DNA of 63,804 bases, counting the filler, from Candidatus Rokuibacteriota bacterium (GTDB lineage Bacteria > JAUVQV01 > DATDCY01): assembly GCA_031406795.1 (NCBI GenBank). It is 5 parts of 5 records of this genome, joined end to end, with 100 filler letters (N's around TTAATTAATTAA, not from the genome) between each part and the next. Parts side by side here need not be neighbours in the genome. Positions count along the whole stretch, not along the records: positions 32,457 to 53,606 come from JANOHV010000121.1; positions 53,707 to 61,888 come from JANOHV010000167.1; 3 more parts are not named here. One strand, 5' to 3'. A program made the translations under genes and the position numbers. Shown in pieces: positions 51,032-59,007 of this stretch. The notes below the pieces were generated by a model that saw only the letters and a program-made list of their open reading frames with translations, did not search any database and was not told the DNA's origin. How positions within the stretch are numbered: the first letter of the stretch is position 1; each line of letters opens with the position of its first letter.

Positions 51032-52693
51032 TCATGCCGGGCTTCCTGGGCATTCCGGGTTCACGCCCCCCTTGTAGCAGAGATCGGCGAAACGGAACTT
51101 TCCCAGGGGACAGGCCCGCTCGCACCTAAGACAGGCCGTCCCGCTGCACCGGTCCATCCTGAGATGATGGACGACCTTCCCGTCTTTCGTTTCCATGGTG
51201 AGCGCCCTTTCCGGACAGGCTTTGACGCATTCCTCGCAGGCGGTGCAGCCGCCGAAGGCACGACTGCACTCCAGCCCCACCTTCTCGATCACCCGGAGGC
51301 CCGCTCTTCCCAGTTCGGCGATATCGCGGGGGACGACTTTCACCACGTGGACGCTCATCGCGGTCGGAGGCAGCGAGGGGAGCCCGTAGATGTCGATGAA
51401 CCTCTGGTATTGCTCCCACGGCATCCCTTCTCCCCAATAGGAAAGCTCGAGGAGATAGGCCTTCTGGAAAACCTCGGATTCGGCAAACATGCAATGGTTC
51501 GCGCGGAGATTCCTTGCCCGGTCCTGAAGCACGCCGAGCAGGTCAGGATTCAGGACGATGTCCTTCGCGAGGGAAAGGGAGGTGTTCCCGATCTGATAGA
51601 TGGTCTTGACCTTCGGAGGTACCATCCCGATGCTGAAAGCTTTCCTCGCGTCGACATACGTGCCCGAGGCCCCGGCCATGTAGGCGGTCTTGATCTCGCC
51701 GATCTCGATTCCCGCCTCCTTCGCCAGGGTGAGGTACCCCGCCCGAATCGCTCCTATCGCCTTTCCCGCCTCGATCAGGTCGGCCTCCGTGAAGGTTATC
51801 CCGAAGCCCAGCCCGAGCGTCTTGTCCTTGGTGAGTATCTTGGGGAGCTTGATGAGGCCGTCTTCCATCCCCTGGTTCAGAAGAGCAATCACACCCGTGC
51901 CGGTGATGCCGAGAGGTGCGCGTGCGCCCTGCTCCTTGACCACCCCCCCGTCGAGATCGACCAGGGGGCCATCTCCGGGCAGCAGCGCATCGTTCAGGAC
52001 CGCGCATCTCCAAAGCGCCCCCTCGGGGTTGATGTCGCTCATCGCGCCCGGAGCGGCGAGCATCCCGCGGCTGATCTGCTGGCCCTCGAGCGCAGGGCCT
52101 GCCGCGGCGGAACCGGTAATGATCTTGTTGCCAACCTTGAGCGCCATCTCCGCGTTGGTTCCGTAATCGACGGCAAGCGCTATCTCGTCTCTTTCCAGCA
52201 TGCCGGACTTGACCATCAGGGCGAGGGCATCGGCGCCGATTTCATGCCTCACCGCCGGTGGGATGAAGACGGCACAACGCTCAGGGACTGCGAGATTCCG
52301 GATCTCTCCGGCCGGTCTTGTCTTGGCGTCCCTGTTCGGAGGCTGAATCCCGAGCAGGCGCTTCTTGTTCTCGCCGGCATAGGCGAGGTCGCGGATCTCG
52401 ATCCCTTCGAACAGCGAGAGCTGTATCGGGTTACCGCAGACAGCAAGACGTTCGCAGCTCTCCGGCGCCACCCCCAGGGCCGCGATGACCTGGTTGACGG
52501 CTGAGATGAAGATATCGTGCGTGACTTCCATTCCCGCATCGACGGCAAACGTCAGCTGGTCCATGATGTTCGCGCCGGGAAGCGGGTGGCGGGAGGTAAT
52601 GACCGTTGCGAGGATCTCTTTCGACTCGAGGTCGACGGCCTGTCCCCGGAAGCCGCTCGTCCCCAGATCCAGAGCTATTCCATAGCGTGCCAT
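51032..52693 (-). CDS. RamA-type corrinoid protein reductive activase (ASKHA ATPase with C-terminal 2x[4Fe-4S])
   Basis: ALDLGTSGFR, RHPLPGANIMD, HEIGADALA, DYGTNAEMAL, GSAAAGPALEGQ and CTACEECVKACP...CLRCERACP. Confidence 0.88.
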   Translation of the reverse strand: MARYGIALDLGTSGFRGQAVDLESKEILATVITSRHPLPGANIMDQLTFAVDAGMEVTHDIFISAVNQVIAALGVAPESCERLAVCGNPIQLSLFEGIEIRDLAYAGENKKRLLGIQPPNRDAKTRPAGEIRNLAVPERCAVFIPPAVRHEIGADALALMVKSGMLERDEIALAVDYGTNAEMALKVGNKIITGSAAAGPALEGQQISRGMLAAPGAMSDINPEGALWRCAVLNDALLPGDGPLVDLDGGVVKEQGARAPLGITGTGVIALLNQGMEDGLIKLPKILTKDKTLGLGFGITFTEADLIEAGKAIGAIRAGYLTLAKEAGIEIGEIKTAYMAGASGTYVDARKAFSIGMVPPKVKTIYQIGNTSLSLAKDIVLNPDLLGVLQDRARNLRANHCMFAESEVFQKAYLLELSYWGEGMPWEQYQRFIDIYGLPSLPPTAMSVHVVKVVPRDIAELGRAGLRVIEKVGLECSRAFGGCTACEECVKACPERALTMETKDGKVVHHLRMDRCSGTACLRCERACPLGKFRFADLCYKGGVNPECPGSPA

Positions 52694-52705
52694 CTGCCGC
52701 TTCTC

Positions 52706-53605
52706 CTACGGTGCCGCCAGAGCTCCGAGATCGCCCGTCAGGGCTTCGGTCCTGAGACCCACGCCGATGATGAAGAGCCGGCTGTCGCCACCGGGTGCGG
52801 AGATCTCCTCCCAGAAGACTTCGCGGGGCAAATAATCGATTCTGAACCAACCGGCGTCGGTCTTCACCAGACCCTTGGTCCTCACAACCTCCCCGTAATG
52901 CCCTTCCATCAGCCGTTGGAGAAACCACGTCACTCCCGTCTTCTTCACCTCGCGGTCAAAGGTCCACGAAAATGTCTCGTAATCGAAATCCCGGCCGTGG
53001 TCGGTGCCGGGCTGGACCAGCAAGGCGGGAGGCTCCGGCGCCTCCTTCGAAGAAGCTCTCTTTGCGCAAAAGCGTTCCCAGTCCGCGAGCGAGATCTGCC
53101 CGAAGCGGGTCATGAGTATGTCCGCGTCGGGGTTGTACGTCTGGATCGTCCCTTTGATCAGCAGGACGTCATCATAGGAGGCCCGGTCGCACTTATTGAT
53201 CACCACGAGCGAGGCCGGCTTGATCTGTCCTTCCATGAAGTAGCGGTTCTGCTGATAGAGATCGAGGAAGCGCATGGCGTCGAGGATCAGCAGTATGCCG
53301 AAGTCTTCGACGCACGCCTCCATGCCGGGGGCGTCCAACAGACGGAGAACTCCCGACACGGAGGCGGCTCCGGTAGGCTCGATGAGCAACAGGTCGGGAT
53401 CATAGCGCTGCTTGATCTGGACGATCTGCTTTCGTATCTCGGGCGCGAGCGTGCAGCAGACACACCCGTTCGTCAGCTCTATGACCTCGGCCTCCTGCCT
53501 GCGGATCAGACTCCCGTCGATTCCCACCTCCCCGAGCTCGTTGACAAGAACGACAAGCCTCTTCTTGCCCCCGAGCTCGCGGAGGAGGTTCAGGATGAAG
53601 GTGGT
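52706..53605 (-). CDS. CobW/COG0523 G3E GTPase metallochaperone (5' truncated)
   Basis: VNELGEVGIDG, GCVCC, IEPTG, INKCD and RTKG. Confidence 0.9.
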   Translation of the reverse strand, partial: TTFILNLLRELGGKKRLVVLVNELGEVGIDGSLIRRQEAEVIELTNGCVCCTLAPEIRKQIVQIKQRYDPDLLLIEPTGAASVSGVLRLLDAPGMEACVEDFGILLILDAMRFLDLYQQNRYFMEGQIKPASLVVINKCDRASYDDVLLIKGTIQTYNPDADILMTRFGQISLADWERFCAKRASSKEAPEPPALLVQPGTDHGRDFDYETFSWTFDREVKKTGVTWFLQRLMEGHYGEVVRTKGLVKTDAGWFRIDYLPREVFWEEISAPGGDSRLFIIGVGLRTEALTGDLGALAAP

Positions 53606-53606
53606 C

Positions 53607-53706
53607 NNNNNNNNNNNNNNNNNNNNNNNNNNNNNNNNNNNNNNNNNNNNTTAATTAATTAANNNNNNNNNNNNNNNNNNNNNNNNNNNNNNNNNNNNNN
53701 NNNNNN
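53607..53706. other. Artificial contig linker
   Basis: N run with TTAATTAATTAA. Confidence 0.99.
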
Positions 53707-53834
53707 CGGGGCGCCGGTGCCGGTGCCGCCGCGGGGCGCGGCGTGGCAACGGCCGGCCGTGCCGCAGGCGCGGCCGCGGGCGCGGCCTGCTGCACCGCCG
53801 GACGCCCGGGAACCGGCGCGGGAGGCTGGGTCAC
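53707..53834 (-). CDS. N-terminal fragment of gene following recA (Ala/Pro-rich; identity unknown)
   Basis: GTG overlaps the recA stop (GTGA); [19 protein letters not shown]... is open into the gap. Confidence 0.4.
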
Positions 53835-54889
53835 TTCTTCCGGGCCCCCTTCTCCTCGACCGCAGGTTCGGTCGGGCGGAGCACCCGCGGCTTGATTCCG
53901 GCCTTCTCGCGGATCTTCACGTCGATGCGCTCGAGGATGTCCGGATGCTCCTTCAGAAACTGGCGCGTCGCGTCGCGGCCCTGGCCGATCCGCTCGCCCT
54001 CGAAGGAGTACCACATGCCGCTTTTCTCGACGATCTCCATCGCGGCGCCCTGGTCGATCAGATCGCCCTCGTACGAGAGCCCCTCGCCGTAGAGGATGTC
54101 CAGCTCGCATTCCCTGAACGGCGGCGCCATCTTGTTCTTGACGATCTTGACCTTGGTGCGGTTGCCGACGACATCCTGCCCCTTCTTGATCTGGGCGATG
54201 CGGCGGATGTCGATGCGCACCGAGGCGTAGAACTTCAGCGCGCGGCCGCCCGGCGTCGTCTCGGGGCTGCCGAACATGACGCCGATCTTCTCGCGGATCT
54301 GGTTGATGAAGACCACCGTCGTGTTCGAGCGCGCGATGGCGGCGGTGAGCTTGCGCAGCGCCTGCGACATCAGGCGCGCCTGCAGGCCGACGTGGGCGTC
54401 GCCCATCTCGCCCTCGATTTCCGCCCGGGGGACCAGCGCGGCAACCGAGTCCACGACCACGATGTCGATGGCGCCGCTGCGCACGAGCACCTCGGCGATC
54501 TCCAGGGCCTGCTCGCCGGTGTCCGGCTGCGAGATCAGCAGATCGTCGGTGCGCACGCCGAGCGCCCGCGCGTACGTCACGTCCAGGGCATGCTCGGCGT
54601 CGATGAACGCCGCGATCCCGCCGGTCTTCTGGGCTTCGGCGACGATGTGGAGCGCCAGCGTCGTCTTGCCCGACGATTCCGGCCCGAAGATCTCCACCAC
54701 GCGGCCGCGTGGGACACCGCCGATACCGAGCGCAATGTCGATGCCCAGCGCGCCGGTGGAAATGACCCCCGTCTCCGGCGGGGACTCGCCCGAGCCGAGG
54801 CGCATGATCGAACCTTTGCCGTACGACTTCTCGATCTGGAGGATTGCCAGTTCCAGCGCCTTCTCTTTGCCGTCCTTCGCGTCTGCCAT
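53831..54889 (-). CDS. recA: Recombinase RecA
   Basis: [33 protein letters not shown] and [10 protein letters not shown]. Confidence 0.98.
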   Translation of the reverse strand: MADAKDGKEKALELAILQIEKSYGKGSIMRLGSGESPPETGVISTGALGIDIALGIGGVPRGRVVEIFGPESSGKTTLALHIVAEAQKTGGIAAFIDAEHALDVTYARALGVRTDDLLISQPDTGEQALEIAEVLVRSGAIDIVVVDSVAALVPRAEIEGEMGDAHVGLQARLMSQALRKLTAAIARSNTTVVFINQIREKIGVMFGSPETTPGGRALKFYASVRIDIRRIAQIKKGQDVVGNRTKVKIVKNKMAPPFRECELDILYGEGLSYEGDLIDQGAAMEIVEKSGMWYSFEGERIGQGRDATRQFLKEHPDILERIDVKIREKAGIKPRVLRPTEPAVEEKGARKK

Positions 54890-55065
54890 CAGTCCGGGCT
54901 CCTTCGTCTGCCCTGCCGAGGAATTTGCGGCAGGTTGGTTGTCGTCAGAATACCACCGTTCGAACCCGCGGGGAACAGGCCGCCGCGCGCAGAGGATCCA
55001 CGGGGGTCACCGCGCTGCCCCGCCCCCGGCGGGTGACGCCGCCCTCGCCGGGAAAACACCGCTCA

Positions 55066-55563
55066 TCACCATGCGGGCACCTCCTCGAGATGCTCGAGAA
55101 GCATAATCAGTGCCAGTTCGCTCGCCCGCGCGCGCACCCGCCGGCGGTCGCCCGCGAACAGCACCCTCCGGCAGCGCATCCGGCCGAATCCGCACACGGC
55201 GACATAGACCAGCCCGACGGGCTTCCCGGGACTGCCGCCGCCCGGACCGGCAACCCCCGTCACGGCGACCGCGATCTCGGCGTTGAAGACGCTGCGCGCC
55301 CCGCGCGCCATGGCTGCGGCGACCGGCGCGCTCACCGCGCCGAAGCGGGCGAGCATCGCGCGCGGCACCTGCAGCACTCCGGTCTTGATCTGGTTGTGGT
55401 AGGCCACCACCCCGCCGAGCAGATACCGCGAACTCCCCGGCACGCCGGTGATCCTGCTGCCGACGAGGCCGCCCGTACAGGACTCGGCAAACGCCAGGCG
55501 GGCGTGCCGCGCCAGCAGGGCGCCGCCGACGCGCGCGGCGAGGGGGTCGGCGGCAGGCATCAT
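55066..55563 (-). CDS. CinA C-terminal-type nicotinamide-nucleotide amidohydrolase (PncC)
   Basis: AESCTGG, PGSS.Y, GAVS and TGVAGPGGG..KPVGLV. Confidence 0.9.
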   Translation of the reverse strand: MMPAADPLAARVGGALLARHARLAFAESCTGGLVGSRITGVPGSSRYLLGGVVAYHNQIKTGVLQVPRAMLARFGAVSAPVAAAMARGARSVFNAEIAVAVTGVAGPGGGSPGKPVGLVYVAVCGFGRMRCRRVLFAGDRRRVRARASELALIMLLEHLEEVPAW

Positions 55564-56033
55564 GCCCCCAGCAACACGCGGGCGGCCTGGAGCGCGAGAT
55601 TCGCGTAGACCCCGGCGACGACGTCGTCGGCCATCACGCCGAACGGCGTGCGCCACTGCCGGTCAATCCGGCCCGCGGGAAACGGCTTCCAGATGTCGAA
55701 CAGCCGAAAGAGCAGAAATCCGGCGAGCAGCCACCCGGGCCCCGACGAAAAACCCGCCAGCGCAATCAACTGGCCGACGATCTCGTCGACGACGATCCTT
55801 CCGTGGTCATGGGCGCCGTAGCGTCTTCCGCAAACGCCGGCGGCCCAGACCCCGGCCGGGAAGAGCAGGGCCACGGCGATCGCGACGGCCGGCAGGCCCG
55901 CCGCCGCGAGCGGGAGGAAGAGCGCTACGCCGACGAGGCTGCCGACCGTGCCCGACGCGAAAGGCGAAAAACCCGCGCCGCACCCGGTGCCGATAGCGAC
56001 CGCGAGCGCACCCACCACTCGGGTCACCGGCAC
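55560..56033 (-). CDS. pgpA: Phosphatidylglycerophosphatase A
   Basis: GFSPFASGTVGS, IVVDEIVG, FRLFDIWKPFP and GVMADD. Confidence 0.93.
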   Translation of the reverse strand: MPVTRVVGALAVAIGTGCGAGFSPFASGTVGSLVGVALFLPLAAAGLPAVAIAVALLFPAGVWAAGVCGRRYGAHDHGRIVVDEIVGQLIALAGFSSGPGWLLAGFLLFRLFDIWKPFPAGRIDRQWRTPFGVMADDVVAGVYANLALQAARVLLGA

Positions 56034-56215
56034 CGCCCTCCCCATCCGCAATTGCGGGAAAATCCCAGGTTTTCTCGGACTTGCGGCACGACTCTAGCAC
56101 CGCTCCGGCAGGAGCGTCAACCGCGCCGGGATCCCGGTCGCGGCCTGCCCGGTCGGGGAGATGGCTTCAGCGGGATGCTGCGCGGCGGCGGCAGCGATGA
56201 CGAGGACAGCCCGTG

Positions 56216-56497
56216 CTATTCCTCGTCCTCCTCGTCGTCCTCTTCCTCGTCCTCGAAATCGTCCTCGAAGTCGTCCTCGTCGAGGTCATCGTCGAATTCG
56301 TCGTCGATGTCCTCCTCGTCGTCCTCATCTTCATCCTCATCCGCGTCGTCGTCGTGTTCGCCGCGTTCGCCGTGCCGGCCCGCGGCCTTGGCCTCACCAT
56401 GACAGTCGACGTATTCATCGCACTTGGTGCAGCAGGTCAGTTTCATCTTTTCCACTTCCTCGCAGCTGTAATAGTGATCGCACAGATCGCAACACAT
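56216..56497 (-). CDS. Small hypothetical protein: two CCxxCDxYxxC repeats plus Asp/Glu tail
   Basis: 93 aa; GGAGGG RBS; co-directional with flanking genes; non-random Cys pattern. Confidence 0.7.
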   Translation of the reverse strand: MCCDLCDHYYSCEEVEKMKLTCCTKCDEYVDCHGEAKAAGRHGERGEHDDDADEDEDEDDEEDIDDEFDDDLDEDDFEDDFEDEEEDDEEDEE

Positions 56498-56603
56498 CTT
56501 CCCGCGCCCTCCCCGCGCCGCAGCCTCAGCGCCCGGCCCCGCGCATCAATCCGCGCATGCGCACGGCCCGAAGATGGTTTCTAGCAAAGCGTTCGGTCCC
56601 AAG

Positions 56604-58100
56604 TCAAGTGCCTTTTTCCTCGGGGGCCGCATCCCCGCCCCCGGCGGGCTCGACCCAGACGCTGACCTTGTTGCGCCCGTCCTTCTTCGCCCGGTAGAGC
56701 GCCACATCCGCGCGCCGGATGAACTCATGCGCATCCGGGTTCCCGCCCTGGCTCACCGTGGCCCCGATGCTGACGGTCACCCCGTGACGCGCGCCCCCGG
56801 GGACTTCGAGGCGCACGGTCGCCACGGCAATGCGGACGCGCTCGGCGTAGGCGCCGATTTCGTCCCCGCCGATCTCATGGAGGATGACGCAGAACTCCTC
56901 ACCGCCGTAGCGCGCCACCACGTCGACGTCGCGCGTGTTGGCGCGGATCGTGTGCGCCACCGCCTTGAGCACCTCGTCGCCGAGCAGGTGCCCGAAGCGG
57001 TCGTTGAAGTCCTTGAAGCGGTCGATGTCGATCAGCAGCAACCCGAGCGGCACGCTGTATCGGCGCGAGCGGGAGATTTCCATCTCGAGGCGCTCGCAGA
57101 AATGCCGGTAGTTGAAGAGGCCGGTCAGCCCGTCGGTGATCGACAGCTGCAGCGTGCGGGCGTAGAGGTTGGCGTTTTCGATAGCCAGGCCGGATTGATT
57201 GGCCAGCGTCAGCAGGAAATCGCGCTGGTCGCGATCGACCGCGGCCGCGGCGCTCTCGACGACCAGCAGGCCGATCGGGCGGCCTTTGGACTGGATCGGC
57301 ACCAGGATGCTCGTCGTGGCGTGGATGCGCGCGTAGAACTCCGCCGGCGTGTCGTGGAGCAATTCCTCGGCGTCGAGGATGACGACCTTGTTCTCCGCCA
57401 GCGCGCGCCCGAAAACGGGGTACCGCGCCGGGTCGAGAACCAGCGGTTCCGCACGCGCGACCCGCTCTTCGAGTACGCCGCGCTCGCCGGCGAGGAAGAT
57501 CATCCCGCCCGAATACCCCAGGTCGTTGACGATGCTCTGCAGCACGATGCCGAGCACCCCGTCGAGATGCAGCGTCCCGGCCATCGCGCCCGCCACGTGC
57601 TGCAGGATCGTCAGCTCCATCAGCCGGCGATCGAGGAGGCGATTGACGTCGGAGAGGATGCTGTCCGTGCTGGTCGGGTGGCGCGCCGCGTCGGCGCTCG
57701 TCAGCCGCCGCGGCCGGGACTGCGCGCGGCTGGCGAGGATCGTGCGCACCAACCGCACCAGCTCGGGGGGGTCGAAAGGCTTGGTGAGGTAATGATCGGC
57801 TCCCGAGGTGTACGCGTACAGCTTTTCGCTGTCGAGCGAACGTACGGTGCAGATGACGATCGGGATGCCCGCGGTCAGCTGATCGCTCTTGAGCAGGCGA
57901 CAAACCTGGTAGCCATTCATGCGCGGCATCATCACGTCGAGCACGATCAGGTCCGGGGTGCGGTCGATCGCCTTCTGGATTGCGTCGACCCCGTCGCCCG
58001 CGGTGATCACCTGCCAGCCCTCGCGTTCGAGGATCAGGCGATTGAGGTTCAGGATGTCCGGCTCGTCGTCGACGACGAGGATCAGGGGGGCCTCGCTCAC
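56604..58100 (-). CDS. Response-regulator diguanylate cyclase (REC-GAF-GGDEF)
   Basis: VDDE, LDVMMP and KPF receiver motifs; GAF region; TDGLTGL; RxxD I-site (RDVD) and GGEEF. Confidence 0.93.
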   Translation of the reverse strand: MSEAPLILVVDDEPDILNLNRLILEREGWQVITAGDGVDAIQKAIDRTPDLIVLDVMMPRMNGYQVCRLLKSDQLTAGIPIVICTVRSLDSEKLYAYTSGADHYLTKPFDPPELVRLVRTILASRAQSRPRRLTSADAARHPTSTDSILSDVNRLLDRRLMELTILQHVAGAMAGTLHLDGVLGIVLQSIVNDLGYSGGMIFLAGERGVLEERVARAEPLVLDPARYPVFGRALAENKVVILDAEELLHDTPAEFYARIHATTSILVPIQSKGRPIGLLVVESAAAAVDRDQRDFLLTLANQSGLAIENANLYARTLQLSITDGLTGLFNYRHFCERLEMEISRSRRYSVPLGLLLIDIDRFKDFNDRFGHLLGDEVLKAVAHTIRANTRDVDVVARYGGEEFCVILHEIGGDEIGAYAERVRIAVATVRLEVPGGARHGVTVSIGATVSQGGNPDAHEFIRRADVALYRAKKDGRNKVSVWVEPAGGGDAAPEEKGT

Positions 58101-58127
58101 GTTCGGCTCCTCACGGGTCGCCACCGG

Positions 58128-58799
58128 CTACGGCCGCACGATTTCCGCGCCCTTGGGAGGCGCAAACCGGAACAGCCCGGCATCGAGGCCGCTGTCGGCG
58201 CGCTCCCCGGAGAAAACCAGGTGCGTGACATTGCCGAAGGCGTCCTCGACGATCGTGCCCGCGAGGCGACACTCGCCCGGCGCGACTTCGAGCACCAATC
58301 GCGACAGGTCGGAGGCCTCGACGCGCGGGCGCAGCGCGATGCTCACGAACCCGCCGGCCCCCGGCGCGAGGTCGCGATCCTCCCAGGAAAATTCCGCGGC
58401 AAAATCGCCGCGGCCGAACAGGAACAGCAGCGGCGTCTGGCGCGTGAAGGCGGCGTCCATCGGCTGGACCACCACCTGCCGTCTCTCCGGGCGGTGGAAC
58501 CAGAGCTGCTTGCCGTCCGCGACGATCAGCTGGGGGTCGGGCGCGTCGTATTCCCAGCGCATCCGCCCGGGCGCCTGGAAAAAGAGCCGACCGCCGCGCG
58601 TGCGGGTGCGCCCGAGGCTGGCGACCCGGCTCTCCTGGGCAAAGGCGGCCGTAAGATCCCGCAGCGCACCGTATCGTGTCTGCACGCAGCGCAGCAGCGC
58701 CGCGGGATCTTCCGCCCGGGCGGGAACCGCGAGGGCCGAAAGGGCGACCGCCAATGCGACGCCGACACTCCAGGAACGACGGACCGTCCGTTTCTTCAT
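58128..58799 (-). CDS. lolA: Outer-membrane lipoprotein carrier LolA
   Basis: Signal peptide, A.F.Q, PGRMRWEY..PDPQLIVADGK.LW and F.F.PPKG. Confidence 0.9.
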   Translation of the reverse strand: MKKRTVRRSWSVGVALAVALSALAVPARAEDPAALLRCVQTRYGALRDLTAAFAQESRVASLGRTRTRGGRLFFQAPGRMRWEYDAPDPQLIVADGKQLWFHRPERRQVVVQPMDAAFTRQTPLLFLFGRGDFAAEFSWEDRDLAPGAGGFVSIALRPRVEASDLSRLVLEVAPGECRLAGTIVEDAFGNVTHLVFSGERADSGLDAGLFRFAPPKGAEIVRP

Positions 58800-58881
58800 C
58801 TGGTTCCCCTGATCGCCGACTCAGTCTATCAGCACACCGAACAACTCTCAAACAAACAGAAGCCCGTCCCGGTCGCGGAGA

Positions 58882-59000
58882 GGGTGTTCAAAAGGGTTCA
58901 GGTGCAAGGCGCACTCCGAAGGGGCGACTGAGGCGGCCTCGTGGCCGCCGCAGGGAGCCTCAAGGAGGGCAACGCAGCAGATGGGCCCTTTTCAACGCCC
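58882..59000. repeat. Palindromic MITE-like element, family A (full copy)
   Basis: GGGTGTTCAAAAGGGTTCAGGTGCAAGGC...GGCAACGCAGCAGATGGGCCCTTTTCAACGCCC terminal inverted arms. Confidence 0.78.
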
Positions 59001-59007
59001 GTAACGG

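Noticed and set aside
54890-55072. Possible LexA box and a 21-codon ORF with GGAGGT RBS upstream of recA
   Set aside because: No clear match to LexA motifs I know; the peptide is too short and featureless to support.
56084-56100. Sigma54-like GGCACG-N4-TAGCA on the + strand
   Set aside because: Imperfect -12 element and no credible + strand gene downstream.
56216-56355. TCG/TCC trinucleotide repeats and the poly-Ser or poly-Val ORFs on the + strand
   Set aside because: Explained by Asp/Glu codons of the minus-strand microprotein.
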